Assembly: GCA_035546615.1 (NCBI GenBank)
Contig: DASZWM010000006.1
Span: forward strand, 144,417-208,416
DNA from: Minisyncoccota bacterium
GTDB taxonomy: Bacteria; Patescibacteriota; Minisyncoccia; Phycocordibacterales; SBAW01
Direction of reading: 5' to 3'
Length of the DNA stretch: 64,000 bases
The notes under the pieces were generated by a model, which ran no database searches, was not told the origin of the DNA, and worked only from the letters and a program-made list of their open reading frames with translations. Within the stretch, counting starts at the first letter, position 1, and every line of letters begins with the position of its first letter. Shown here one piece after another: positions 1 through 9,475 of this stretch. The translations under genes were made by a program, and so were the position numbers.

Positions 1-116
1 GTACTCCTCGGCCTGGCCTTTATCCCAAGCCGCGAGGTCGTCTTCGTCTACGGCACGCATGCGTACCTCCCTTCGTTTCTCCTGCGGGCAACTATACAGC
101 ATTTTCGGGAACTCTT

Positions 117-734
117 CTAGCTGCGCGAGCTAAGCGCGCTGGCGATAGTGTCCGGGTCGGCGTATTCTATCTCGCTGCCGGTCGAGAGGCCGCGGCCGAG
201 GCTTGAGAGCCTGAAGTTGAACCCTTGGCTCATGGGGCGAAGCTTCTCGCTCAGAAGCTGGCGGGTATGGTCGCCCTCGGTCGTGGCGGAGAGGCCCAAA
301 ATAAGTTCGGTCAAAACCAGGTCGCTGCCGTCCCGCTCTACCCGTGCTACCAGCTCGCGCATGCGGATGTGGCTTTGGGGCTCCTCGGCCGCCAGCGGCA
401 CGGTGCCGCCCAGCACGAAGTACACGCCCTTGAAGCCGCTTCTCTCAACGTTGTCGATATCCGCGTCCTTTTCGACGACGAACAGTATCCCTTTCTCGCG
501 CCTGGAGTTGCCGCAGATATTGCAGAGGACGGTGTCGTCGGCGCTTTTGACAGACCAGCGGAAACACTCCGAGCACTGAAAGGTGTTGGCGCCCAGCTTG
601 CCCAAGTCCTGCGCGAGCGCCGCGCGAAAGGCGCCCGGCTGAACCAGGAGGAACTGCACGAACCGCCGCGCCTGCCGGGGCCCTATGCCGGGAAAGCGCT
701 CGAATGCCTGGGTTAGCCGGTCTATCGGGTTCAC
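117..734 (-). CDS. recR: Recombination protein RecR
   Basis: 205-aa ORF. N-terminal HhH with GIGPRQA motif, C4 zinc finger (CSEC...CNIC) and a C-terminal Toprim-like region, as in RecR. Confidence 0.85.
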   Translation of the reverse strand: MNPIDRLTQAFERFPGIGPRQARRFVQFLLVQPGAFRAALAQDLGKLGANTFQCSECFRWSVKSADDTVLCNICGNSRREKGILFVVEKDADIDNVERSGFKGVYFVLGGTVPLAAEEPQSHIRMRELVARVERDGSDLVLTELILGLSATTEGDHTRQLLSEKLRPMSQGFNFRLSSLGRGLSTGSEIEYADPDTIASALSSRS

Positions 735-749
735 CCTTCTATTTTACAG

Positions 750-2162
750 CTAAAAGTCGTGTTTGGCTTCCTCGAAAACGCCGAAGTCGGTCTTTGAAAG
801 CGATTCGAAGTTGGCGTGCTTGTCGTTGAACATGAGCTCCACCTTGCCCACGGGGCCGTTGCGGTGTTTTTCTATCAGAATCTCAGCGATGCCGGTCGGC
901 TCGGCGCCGTCCCCGCGCTGCTGCTTGTCTTCGCGGTGGATGAACATCACCACGTCGGCATCCTGCTCGATGGAGCCGGAGTCGCGCAGGTCCGAGAGTC
1001 TGGGCTTGCCGCCGCGCTGCTCCACCGCGCGGGAAAGCTGCGAGAGCGCAAGCACCGGCACGTCGAGCTCGCGGGCGAGTATTTTGAGCGAGCGGGAAAT
1101 TTCCGTTATCTGCTGGACCATTGAGTCCGACGCGCGCGTAGTGGTGGGCATCATGAGCTGGAGATAGTCCACGACCAGGAGCCCGAGGCCGTTTTCGCGC
1201 TTGAGGCGCCGCGCCACCGCGCGCATCTTGAGGATATTGTTGCCCGCCTGGTCGTCTATGAAAATCGGGGCGGAGGAGAGGCGGTCGTACGCGTCACGGA
1301 TGCGCTCAAAATCCTCGCTGTTCTCCTTTATGCGGCCGACGCGCCAGTCCCACGCGCTTACGCGCGCCTCCGAGGCTATCATGCGGTCCACGAGCTGCTG
1401 GGCGGACATCTCAAGCGAGAAGATGCCCACGGTCGTGCCGTGCTTTACCGCGGCCTGGCGGGCGATATCGAGCGCCAGCGCGGTCTTTCCGACTGACGGC
1501 CGGGCGGCGAGGATGATGAGGTCGCTTTTCTGAAGGCCGGCGAGCATGTTGTCGAGGTCAGGGAAGCCGGTGCGCACGCCCCTGATCTCGCCCTGGTGCT
1601 CCTGCAGGTGCGCGTAGTGCTCCCATGCCTTGCCGAGGCTCTCGCGCAGTGACGTGAACTTGGTGAGGCTCGGCATATCGGTCACCTCGTAGATGCGCTT
1701 CTCGGCCTTGTCGAGCGTCTCCTCAAGCTCGCCGCTTTCGTCGAAGCCAAGCTCCGCCACGAACTCGCCGGCGTCTATCAGGTTGCGCAGCATGTACTTC
1801 TTCTGCACCTGGTTGGCGTAGTGGCGGGCGTTGGATGCCGCGGGCACTTCGCTCACGAGCTCCGCGAGGTACGCGACGCCGCCGACGCCTTCAAGCTGCT
1901 TGCTGTCGGCCAGGCACGCGCGCACGCTCTCGATGTCGATGGGCTCGTTCTTGCCCCAGAGCCCGACCATCGCGCGAAAGATGATGCGGTGCTTTTCGCT
2001 GTAAAACGCGTCCGCCGAAATGATGTCCACCGACTCGGCCATGCCTTCCGGCCGCACCATAACGGCGCCCAGGAACGCGCGCTCGGTCTCTATCGTCTGC
2101 GGCGGCATGCGCAGCGGGTCTATCTTTTTCGGTTTCGGCGCCTGGGGAGGAAACTTTGCCAT
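750..2162 (-). CDS. dnaB: Replicative DNA helicase DnaB
   Basis: Walker A (ARPSVGKT) and the DnaB C-terminal RecA-like domain are present. Start trimmed to MAKFPPQ; the upstream 73 codons of the long ORF look non-coding. No intein. Confidence 0.85.
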   Translation of the reverse strand: MAKFPPQAPKPKKIDPLRMPPQTIETERAFLGAVMVRPEGMAESVDIISADAFYSEKHRIIFRAMVGLWGKNEPIDIESVRACLADSKQLEGVGGVAYLAELVSEVPAASNARHYANQVQKKYMLRNLIDAGEFVAELGFDESGELEETLDKAEKRIYEVTDMPSLTKFTSLRESLGKAWEHYAHLQEHQGEIRGVRTGFPDLDNMLAGLQKSDLIILAARPSVGKTALALDIARQAAVKHGTTVGIFSLEMSAQQLVDRMIASEARVSAWDWRVGRIKENSEDFERIRDAYDRLSSAPIFIDDQAGNNILKMRAVARRLKRENGLGLLVVDYLQLMMPTTTRASDSMVQQITEISRSLKILARELDVPVLALSQLSRAVEQRGGKPRLSDLRDSGSIEQDADVVMFIHREDKQQRGDGAEPTGIAEILIEKHRNGPVGKVELMFNDKHANFESLSKTDFGVFEEAKHDF

Positions 2163-2332
2163 GCCCTTATGGTACCCCCTTTGCCCCCGCGCAAAAAGCC
2201 GCCCGCAAGAGGCCTCACCTGTGGGTATGTGTATAGAAGGGGGATAGCCGAAAGGCCCTACCAAAACCCTGATTCGTGTGGTATATCTTCGGACAGAGGT
2301 GGGAGTGCTACCCGCGTGAGGAGCGCATGATA

Positions 2333-2827
2333 ATGAAAGCAGGACACGAGGAATCGGGAAAGCCGGAACGGATTCTGTCACCCGAACAGCTGTATCAGAC
2401 GCTATGCCGAGAGTTCGGAGCGCAAGCGCCGGTAGGCGACATGCCCGCGTTCCAGCAGGATGGGGTCTGGTTTTCGATCAATTTCCTGGATGCCGGCAGC
2501 CGGGACGTCGCAATCAAAATCCACGACTATCGTACGCGTGAATCGGTCACGCCGGAATCTGTGGCGGAGCAGGAGCACATCGACGCAATAGTCGCTGCAT
2601 TGAAGGCTGACAAGAAGGAGGCGGGGATGATATGGTTCTTCCCCGCAAACCCGGGTTCGGAGAAGCTGAAGCCTGTTCTGATGGTTGTCATGGGCCGCAG
2701 CGGCGACACCATCCGCTATGATCCGACTGCCGACGTCGCGGCGCTTCGTGACCGGGTACTCGGCCTGCTTTTGAAGAGGCGGCCGAAATGCTTTTCACAC
2801 ATGGCTGCGTTCTCGGACCTAGTCTGA
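2333..2827 (+). CDS. Hypothetical protein (164 aa)
   Basis: ORF 2276..2827. GAGGAG Shine-Dalgarno at 2318-2323 sits 9 nt before the ATG at 2333. No recognisable motif. Confidence 0.5.
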   Translation: MKAGHEESGKPERILSPEQLYQTLCREFGAQAPVGDMPAFQQDGVWFSINFLDAGSRDVAIKIHDYRTRESVTPESVAEQEHIDAIVAALKADKKEAGMIWFFPANPGSEKLKPVLMVVMGRSGDTIRYDPTADVAALRDRVLGLLLKRRPKCFSHMAAFSDLV

Positions 2828-2888
2828 TCCAGTCGTCTATAAAGGCAAACTCCAAGCTCCGCACGTCCCTTGGCTGCGGAGCTTGTTT

Positions 2889-4361
2889 TTATCTTTTCAT
2901 CAGCTGAGCGCCGCCAGCCGTGTCTTTTATATCGTAGCCGGCTTCTTCTATTTTTTTGCGCAGGTCGTCCGCTTTTGTAAAATCCTTCTCTTTCCGCGCC
3001 TCCTCGCGCTGGCGCATCAGGCTTTGCACGTCCTGCGGCAGGTCAGATTCTTCGACCACGGTCAGGCTTGCGGAGGGCCGCGTGTCGGATAGGCCGAGCC
3101 CTAATACCTTGTCGGCAAATAAGAGAGCGCTGCGCTTTGCCGCGGGGGAGACGGCCGTATCCTTCACTAGCTCCCACATTCGCGCTATAACGCGCGGCGT
3201 GTCGAGGTCGTTTGAAAGCGCTCCGTGGATGTCACGCTTGAACAGTACCACGGCCGCATCATCCGGCGCCGTCGCGGTTCCCGCTTCCAAAAACGCGCGG
3301 GTGAGCCGGTTGAGCGCCTGGTTAGCGCCTTCTATTGCTTCCCATGTGAAGTTCATCTGCGTGCGGTAATGGCCGGTCAGATACCAGTAGCGGAACGCCC
3401 GGGCGGAGAAACCGCGGTCGGTAATATTGTGGAGGTATACCGTATTGCCGAGCGACTTTGATATCTTCTTGTTCTCGATCGTGATGTGCGCGTTGTGGAG
3501 CCAGTACTGCACGTACTGCTTTCCGGTTATCGCCTCCGCCTGCGCTATCTCGTTGTTGTGGTGTATCGGAATGTGCTCGATGCCGCCGGTGTGGATGTCT
3601 ATCTGTTTGCCCAACAGCTTGAATATCATCGCCGTGCACTCGATATGCCATCCAGGGAACCCTTTGCCCCAGGGCGACGGCCACCCAAAGGTCGTACTCA
3701 GCTTCCAGAGCACGAAATCCTGAGAATTCTTCTTCTCCGCCTTTTCCTCTACCCGCGCGCCTTCCTTTTGGCCCGCAAGATTGATATGCCCCAGCTTGCC
3801 GTAGCCTGCGAACTTCGCCGTGTCGTAGTAGATGCCGTCGCTTATCTTGTACGCGTAGCCTTTCTGCTCCAGCGATTTTATAAGAGCGACCTGCTCGGGG
3901 ATATAGTCGCTCGCGCGCGGGTAGGTAACCAGGCTCGTGTTCACGCCGAGCTTGGAGATATCGTCAAAGAAAATAGCGGCGTACTTCTCGGCAAGCGCGC
4001 GCATGCCCTTCATCGTAAAGGGGAGCCCGTCGCGCTTGAGGCCGCGCACCATCTTGTCGTCGCCGTTGTTCGGGTCGTCCTCGTTGTCGCCGGTCAGGTG
4101 CCCGAAGTCGGTGATGTTCATTACCTGCTTCACCTTGTATCCCCAGAGGTTGAGCGTCCGGCGGATTGTGTCGGCCAAAATGGCGGGGACCAGGTTGCCG
4201 ATATGCATCTGGTCGTACGGCGTCGGCCCGCAGTTGTACATTTTTACCTCCCGCGGCGACAGCGGCGAGAATTCCTCAAGCGCGTTTGAAAGCGTGTTGT
4301 GGAAGCGAAGCGGCGGCAGGTCGACCGCCGGTTTTTTGCTGAAGAAGGAAAAGATGCTCAT
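2889..4361 (-). CDS. cysS: Cysteinyl-tRNA synthetase
   Basis: Class I aaRS with HIGN (HIGH-type) and KISKS (KMSKS-type) motifs. Overall CysRS-like sequence with a Cys/His zinc site. Confidence 0.85.
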   Translation of the reverse strand: MSIFSFFSKKPAVDLPPLRFHNTLSNALEEFSPLSPREVKMYNCGPTPYDQMHIGNLVPAILADTIRRTLNLWGYKVKQVMNITDFGHLTGDNEDDPNNGDDKMVRGLKRDGLPFTMKGMRALAEKYAAIFFDDISKLGVNTSLVTYPRASDYIPEQVALIKSLEQKGYAYKISDGIYYDTAKFAGYGKLGHINLAGQKEGARVEEKAEKKNSQDFVLWKLSTTFGWPSPWGKGFPGWHIECTAMIFKLLGKQIDIHTGGIEHIPIHHNNEIAQAEAITGKQYVQYWLHNAHITIENKKISKSLGNTVYLHNITDRGFSARAFRYWYLTGHYRTQMNFTWEAIEGANQALNRLTRAFLEAGTATAPDDAAVVLFKRDIHGALSNDLDTPRVIARMWELVKDTAVSPAAKRSALLFADKVLGLGLSDTRPSASLTVVEESDLPQDVQSLMRQREEARKEKDFTKADDLRKKIEEAGYDIKDTAGGAQLMKR

Positions 4362-4390
4362 GGCTGAAACCTACCAACTGCGCGGCCCTT

Positions 4391-5302
4391 TTACAACCAT
4401 CCGCGGTGGCGGAAGTACATGAATATGCTGATAGCCATAAGCCCCATGACGCCCACCACCATCCAGAAGCCGTAGGGGTTGTGCATAAGCGGCAGGTACT
4501 GAAAGCTCATGCCGAACAACTGCCCGACGAACGTCAGCGGCAGGAAGACGAACGCGGTCACGGTGAGCGTCTTCATTATCTCGTTCTGCTTGGTCGAGAG
4601 CAGGGAGTTGTTCGTTTCGCGCAGTTCCAGCAGGGAAGTGTGCAGGTTCTCAATGGTTCGCTCGACGCGCTCCTCGGTGCCGATGAGGTCGCGCAGGTAG
4701 TAGGCGAACTCCGGGCCGAACAGGCGCGTGGCGACCGGCTCAAGCGAGGTAAGCATTTCCTTATGCGGGGCGAGCGCCTCGCGGAAGTCGTGCAATACGC
4801 GGCCCATCTGGGATATCTCGATGACCATCTGGCGCTCGCGGCCGCTGAAGACGCGCTCCTCAATGTCCTGAAGCCGCTGAGACACGGTGTGCGACTCGCT
4901 TATAAGCGCCTCATACAAGGAGCGCGCCATGGAAGTAAAGAGATGCCCGCCGTGCTGGTGGGTAATGGGGCGGCCGAGCACGGTCGTTACCTCGAACGCC
5001 TGCGCGAAGGCGTGGAGCGGGTCTACGGTGCCGTAGCGCGTGGTAATAAGGAAGTTCTTCCCGATGACGAAGTCTATTTCCTGCTCCTGCCGCTGGTTCA
5101 TGCCCCGCAAGATAGGGAAGTGGAGGATAACGTAAATGATGTCGCCGCGCCGCTCCACCTTCGGCTTGAAGGAGGGCACCAGAAGCTCCTCGGCAATAAG
5201 CGGGTCGATGCCGAATTCCTGCATGAGCGCGCGCACTTCCGCCGGCGTAGGCGCGACTAAGTCTATCCAAGCAGCATGCTTCTGCCCGTAGCGGGTTAAC
5301 AT
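4391..5302 (-). CDS. corA: Magnesium/cobalt transporter CorA
   Basis: CorA cytoplasmic domain plus two C-terminal TM helices with a GMN-type motif region (YLPLMHNPYGFW). Start trimmed to M74 (MLTRYGQ). Confidence 0.75.
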   Translation of the reverse strand: MLTRYGQKHAAWIDLVAPTPAEVRALMQEFGIDPLIAEELLVPSFKPKVERRGDIIYVILHFPILRGMNQRQEQEIDFVIGKNFLITTRYGTVDPLHAFAQAFEVTTVLGRPITHQHGGHLFTSMARSLYEALISESHTVSQRLQDIEERVFSGRERQMVIEISQMGRVLHDFREALAPHKEMLTSLEPVATRLFGPEFAYYLRDLIGTEERVERTIENLHTSLLELRETNNSLLSTKQNEIMKTLTVTAFVFLPLTFVGQLFGMSFQYLPLMHNPYGFWMVVGVMGLMAISIFMYFRHRGWL

Positions 5303-5354
5303 GTGCAAATTATACCAGGGAATTTTCTTGGGCCATGACGCGCTGTGATATACT

Positions 5355-6590
5355 ATGTGCATGTCAAAGCAGAAGTTGTGGGCGCTTGGAGGCTCGGCAG
5401 TTGTTGCGCTCGCCTTTGTGGCGGGCGTATACACCGGCCTGGGCGAGCGCGTTGCCAATACCGTTTCCGCCCAGTCGGTCAATTTCCTCGAGCCGACAAA
5501 TGCGCCGGCCGATGTCGACATGCAGAAGCTCTGGAAGGCGTGGTCTCTTTTGCGCGACGATTACGTCCCGACGCACGCCTCGACCACGTACCCGACCGCC
5601 GAAGAACAGCTCTGGGGCGCCATCGGCGGCCTTACCGACAGCTTCGGCGACCCGTACACGGTTTTCCTGCCGCCGGCGGAAGCCAAGACCTTTCAGGAGG
5701 ACATCAGCGGCGCGTTCGAGGGCGTGGGCATGGAGATGGGAACTAAAGACGGCCAGCTGGTGGTCGTGGCGCCGCTTAAGGACTCTCCCGCGGAGAAGGC
5801 CGGCATTCACAGCGGCGACGCGATACTTTCAATAGACGGCAAAGACACGGGCGGCATGTCTGTGGACGACGCAATCAAGCTCATCCGCGGCAAAAAGGGC
5901 ACGGTCGTGACACTCAGCATTGGCCGCGAAGGCAGCGCGACCCCGTTTGAGGTCAAGATAACGCGCGACACCATCAGCATCCCGGTGCTCAAGAGCTACA
6001 TGCGCGAGGACGGCATCTACGAAATCGACCTGTACAGCTTCTCCGCCAACTCGGCCGACCTGTTCCGCGGCGCCCTGCGCGAGTTCATCAAGAGCGGCTC
6101 GAACAAGCTCATGTTCGACCTGCGCGGCAATCCGGGCGGCTACTTGGAAGCGGCCGTTGATATGGCGAGCTACTTCCTTCCGGTAGGCGACACGGTCGTA
6201 AGCGAGGATTTCAAGGGCAAGCGGCCGGCCAACGTGCACCGCAGCGCGGGCTACAACGTGTTCGCGGGCAAGAACCTCCATATGGCAATCCTGGTGGACC
6301 AGGGCTCCGCCTCGGCTTCGGAGATTCTTTCAGGCGCGCTCCAGCAGCACAATGTCGCCAAGCTCGTCGGCACCCGCACGTTCGGCAAGGGCTCCGTCCA
6401 GCAGCTCATGGAGCTCGGCGGCGGGGCGGAGCTCAAGATAACTATCGCTCGCTGGCTTACCCCGAATGGCTCGTCCATCTCCGACGGCGGCCTCACGCCC
6501 GACATTCTGGCGACAACCACCCCCGAGCTCATCAAGGCCGGCAAAGACGTGCAAAAGGATGCGGCAGTGAAGTGGCTTCTCTCGCAGTAA
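5355..6590 (+). CDS. ctpA: Carboxy-terminal processing protease (S41 family, PDZ domain)
   Basis: N-terminal TM anchor, PDZ domain, and S41 catalytic region (GSASASEI...TFGKGSVQ). Alternative start at ATG 5361. Divergent promoter (TATACT at 5340-5345) with a very short leader. Confidence 0.8.
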   Translation: MCMSKQKLWALGGSAVVALAFVAGVYTGLGERVANTVSAQSVNFLEPTNAPADVDMQKLWKAWSLLRDDYVPTHASTTYPTAEEQLWGAIGGLTDSFGDPYTVFLPPAEAKTFQEDISGAFEGVGMEMGTKDGQLVVVAPLKDSPAEKAGIHSGDAILSIDGKDTGGMSVDDAIKLIRGKKGTVVTLSIGREGSATPFEVKITRDTISIPVLKSYMREDGIYEIDLYSFSANSADLFRGALREFIKSGSNKLMFDLRGNPGGYLEAAVDMASYFLPVGDTVVSEDFKGKRPANVHRSAGYNVFAGKNLHMAILVDQGSASASEILSGALQQHNVAKLVGTRTFGKGSVQQLMELGGGAELKITIARWLTPNGSSISDGGLTPDILATTTPELIKAGKDVQKDAAVKWLLSQ

Positions 6591-6672
6591 CTCAGCAATT
6601 GTGTACTTCTCCCTAAGGTGATAGTGTCTTACCGGTGTTCTTAAGGCAGGACCTGACACAGGAGGAGACGCA

Positions 6673-6912
6673 ATGCCGCTTTGGATAATTATCTTGGCCG
6701 CCCTACTCGTCGTGGCGCTCATCTACCTACTGCTTGGCTACTTTACCCTTCGCATGAGGGTTGGTCTGCAGGGACAGGGACTTCCTGTGCAGGTCGGAAC
6801 CACGGTCTGGCACTTCTGGTTTTGGTGGGTAACGATCTTCTGGGTTTTACCGGCCTTCCTCGCGTACAAGCAAGGTGCTGAAGTGGTTCAAACCCAATAC
6901 AGCGTTTTTTGA
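6673..6912 (+). CDS. Small membrane protein (79 aa, 2 TM, Trp-rich)
   Basis: Strong Shine-Dalgarno (AGGAGG) 6-8 nt upstream. Hydrophobic throughout. Confidence 0.55.
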   Translation: MPLWIIILAALLVVALIYLLLGYFTLRMRVGLQGQGLPVQVGTTVWHFWFWWVTIFWVLPAFLAYKQGAEVVQTQYSVF

Positions 6913-6974
6913 AGCCCGATGCTGCGCGCCCGACCAGGATTGTCGGGCGCGCATTAATTTTGTATAGTCATCGC

Positions 6975-7421
6975 ATGAAAGTAATACTGCTTAAGGACGT
7001 GCGCGGGGTGGGTGCGCACGGCGACGTAAAGCACGTAGCCGACGGCTACGCGCTTAACTTCCTCTTTCCGCACCGGATGGCGGAGGCCGCGACGGAAGAC
7101 AAGATACAGAAAATAGCCGCGCAGAAGGCGGCGCACGAGGCCGAGGCTCAGAAGGCCGAAGCCGAGCTGACGGACAAGATAATGGGCCTGCGCGGCAAGC
7201 GCGTCGCTCTTTCCGCCCGCGCCACCGAAAAGGGAGGGCTTTTCAAGGCGCTCGCGGCCAAGGACATTGCCCGCGCCATCAAGGCCGAGCACGATATCGA
7301 TATTCCCGAGGATTCCGTCTACCTTCCGGACCCCATAAAGACAGTAGGGGAGCACCAGGCGCTCCTTAAGAGCAAGACCCAGAAGGTCGAGCTCGCCGTC
7401 TCTGTAGTCGCTGCTGCCTAA
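6975..7421 (+). CDS. rplI: 50S ribosomal protein L9
   Basis: [13 protein letters not shown]... matches the L9 N-terminus. Start trimmed from ORF 6909. Confidence 0.85.
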   Translation: MKVILLKDVRGVGAHGDVKHVADGYALNFLFPHRMAEAATEDKIQKIAAQKAAHEAEAQKAEAELTDKIMGLRGKRVALSARATEKGGLFKALAAKDIARAIKAEHDIDIPEDSVYLPDPIKTVGEHQALLKSKTQKVELAVSVVAAA

Positions 7422-7441
7422 TCGAACAGAGGTTCAAAATC

Positions 7442-7471
7442 AAAAGGCCCGCCTTACCGGCGGGCCTTTTG
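7442..7471. terminator. Bidirectional rho-independent terminator
   Basis: GGCCCGCC-ttacc-GGCGGGCC followed by TTTT, preceded by AAAA. Lies between convergent rplI and rpmA. Confidence 0.8.
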
Positions 7472-7485
7472 CGTATGTATTTAAA

Positions 7486-7764
7486 TTACTTGGCGATAAC
7501 GTCAACGACCGGGCGGGTGGAAGTGGTGCCGTTGAAATTCTGCTTGCGGGCGGTGCGGAAGGAGACAATGCCGCTGATCAGCGAGAAGATGGTATGGTCG
7601 CGGCCCAAGCCGACATTCTTGCCTACCATGTAGCGGGTGCCGCGCTGGCGGACGATAATGGCGCCGGGCTGGGCTGCTTCGCCGGCATAGAGCTTAACTC
7701 CCAGGAATTTTGCCTGTGAGTCGGTAAGGTTTTTCGCTGATCCGCCTGCTTTCTTATGTGCCAT
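7486..7764 (-). CDS. rpmA: 50S ribosomal protein L27
   Basis: MAHKKAGGS...GRDHT matches the L27 signature. Confidence 0.9.
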   Translation of the reverse strand: MAHKKAGGSAKNLTDSQAKFLGVKLYAGEAAQPGAIIVRQRGTRYMVGKNVGLGRDHTIFSLISGIVSFRTARKQNFNGTTSTRPVVDVIAK

Positions 7765-7788
7765 GGTATGGTATGTTTAAGCCCCAAC

Positions 7789-7817
7789 ATGATAGCAGAT
7801 TTAGGGAAACAAGGCAA
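7789..7817 (-). promoter_or_regulatory. Putative sigma70 promoter of rpmA (TTGCCT-17-TATCAT)
   Basis: Minus-strand -35 at 7812-7817 and -10 at 7789-7794, about 25 nt upstream of the rpmA ATG. Confidence 0.4.
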
Positions 7818-7951
7818 GCGATGGCTCGACTTCCTCCTTATACCGGCTATAGTTATCCTAGTCGGGGCAGCCTGCTTCGGCTTGGGGCGCCTTTCGGCCC
7901 TGAGCGAGCAGAAGCCCGGCCTCGTCATACACCCCGCCACGGGCCAAACCA

Positions 7952-8200
7952 ATGATGAAAACCACTAAACGCGCCGTCGTCCTCATAATCGCCATCCTCT
8001 TCCTCATACTGGGGGTAGTGGGGCTTGTCCTTCCGTTCCTGCAGGGCCTTCTATTCCTCGCGGTCGGGTTCATCCTCCTGTTCTTCCTCTTTCCGTCTCT
8101 GCGCGAGAAGACCCAGAAGCACACGGTAAAGTACCCGAAGTTCCACGCGATGATGCTCAAGGTAGAGGACTTTATCGGCCGCATCTTGGGAGACATCTAG
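7952..8200 (+). CDS. YbaN/DUF454-like small inner-membrane protein
   Basis: 82 aa, two TM segments. VVLGVVGLVLPFLQG resembles the YbaN motif. Immediately precedes the exonuclease gene. Confidence 0.6.
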   Translation: MMKTTKRAVVLIIAILFLILGVVGLVLPFLQGLLFLAVGFILLFFLFPSLREKTQKHTVKYPKFHAMMLKVEDFIGRILGDI

Positions 8201-8201
8201 T

Positions 8202-8804
8202 ATGCTTGCCGTTGACGTAGAATCCTCCGGCACGGAGGCCCACAAGCACTCCATTTTGAGCCTCGGCGCCGTCGACCTCGGCAATCCGTCCAGGCCCTTT
8301 TTCTACGAAGAGTGCCGCGCCTGGGACGGCGCCAAGCTCGAGCCCGAGGCATTTGCGGTGAACGGCTACACCGAAGCGACCGCGACCGACCCGACCAAAC
8401 AGTCCGAAGCCGACCTGGTGCATAAGTTCAAGGAATGGGCTATGCAGTCCGACGACCGCACCTTTGCGGGGCAAAACGTTTCCTTCGACCGCGATTTCCT
8501 TAAGTACGCCGCCGAGCGCGCGGGGCATACCGACTGGCCGTTCGCACACCGCACCATCGACACGCATACCCTGTGCTGGATGCACATGGTAAAGCGTGGC
8601 CTTACGCCGCCTCTGGACCCGGTAAAGAAGCGCTCCGCGCTCGATTTGGACGCCATTCTGGTCTACTGCGGCATTCCGGACGAGCCGACGCCGCACAATG
8701 CTCTCACGGGCGCCAAGTCCCATGCCGAAGTCATCTCGCGCCTGTTGTACGATAAGAAGCTCCTGCCCGATTTCGAGCAGTTCGACATACCCTGGCTCTC
8801 ATAG
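8202..8804 (+). CDS. DEDDh 3'-5' exonuclease (DnaQ-like)
   Basis: Exo I DxE (VDVESSG), Exo II and Exo III H...D (HNALTGAKSHAE) motifs are present. Confidence 0.75.
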   Translation: MLAVDVESSGTEAHKHSILSLGAVDLGNPSRPFFYEECRAWDGAKLEPEAFAVNGYTEATATDPTKQSEADLVHKFKEWAMQSDDRTFAGQNVSFDRDFLKYAAERAGHTDWPFAHRTIDTHTLCWMHMVKRGLTPPLDPVKKRSALDLDAILVYCGIPDEPTPHNALTGAKSHAEVISRLLYDKKLLPDFEQFDIPWLS

Positions 8805-9325
8805 CCGTTCTTTGGTAGGGTCAAAATAGAGCAACCGCTCTGTCAAAAAGAAGGAATATCCGATGACAGGAATAGTCGATACACGCCGCGCATGTCTAAG
8901 ATGCGGTAGCCCCATCTCATCCGCAAGCAGCCCGCTTGTTGTGCAAGAGCGAGGCTTCAGCGCAGAAGCGTGCGTGCCCGCTGCGATATGTCGCAATTCG
9001 GCCTGTGGCCAGGTCACTGCGGATCGCGCAAGTGTGGCGAACTCATCGTTGCGGTGGATGTACGGGCGCACCCCGGTCACTTTCGTTCCGGGCCCGATTT
9101 CCCGGTCTAATGAGTTTTTGCTTACTCCTACGGCCGCGCAGCTCCATCGGGCGTAAGGCTCAACGGAAACGTCACCTCCCCGTCGCGTCCAGTACAGGAT
9201 GCGACGGTTTTGCTTCGCAAACCCGCGACCCCGCCTCACAATCGCTTTAGCGATATGTTCCGGCCTTCAATTCCGGGCGCAGGCAAAGCAGTTTACCTGC
9301 TCGGCCCTCCTTCGTTAACACTCAG

Positions 9326-9396
9326 TCGGGCCGCCGGGAATTGAACCCGGTCTACATGCACCCCATGCATGTGTACTGCCGGTATACTACGGCCCG
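9326..9396 (-). tRNA. tRNA-Pro (anticodon GGG)
   Basis: Manual cloverleaf fold. Acceptor CGGGCCG/CGGCCCG; D-stem GTAT/GTAC; anticodon stem CATGC/GCATG with loop ATGGGGT (U33, GGG, G37); T-arm CCGGG-TTCAATT-CCCGG; discriminator A. CCA is not encoded. Confidence 0.8.
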
Positions 9397-9475
9397 TTTC
9401 TTCCAGTATTTACTACCATACCTCACTCTGTTAGTGTTGCGCTAGTAACGTACCTCAATAACCGGAGACTGCGCC

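Noticed and set aside
3486-4289. Long antisense ORFs (267-750 aa) opposite cysS, corA, the ABC ATPase, the M23 peptidase, dacB/scpB, aspS, the ABC exporter, dnaK, rpoA, alaS, the sigma-like gene and leuS (for example 4406..5260, 23778..24863, 35889..37046, 59619..61871)
   Set aside because: Arg/Ala/Gly/Ser-rich low-complexity translations with no motifs. They are the expected stop-codon-poor reverse frames of high-GC genes, and each overlaps a confidently assigned gene.
7789-7968. Small TM ORF (MIADLGKQ…, 60 aa) upstream of the ybaN-like gene
   Set aside because: Its start codon coincides with the predicted -10 element of the divergent rpmA promoter. It cannot be excluded as a leader peptide or membrane protein, but the support is weak.
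8799-9250. ORFs 8799..9239(-), 8863..9156(+) and 8936..9250(+) in the tRNA-adjacent region
   Set aside because: Cys/Arg/Ser-rich low-complexity products, mutually overlapping, without Shine-Dalgarno sequences. The region is better explained as non-coding and structured (see finding).
9251-9300. Second tRNA or tmRNA 3' end on the plus strand (TTCAATT loop at 9262-9285)
   Set aside because: The stem is only 4 bp with a 9-nt loop. No acceptor stem, anticodon arm or tmRNA 5' GGGG…TTCGAC partner could be folded. Interpreted as a partial inverted copy of the tRNA-Pro T-arm.
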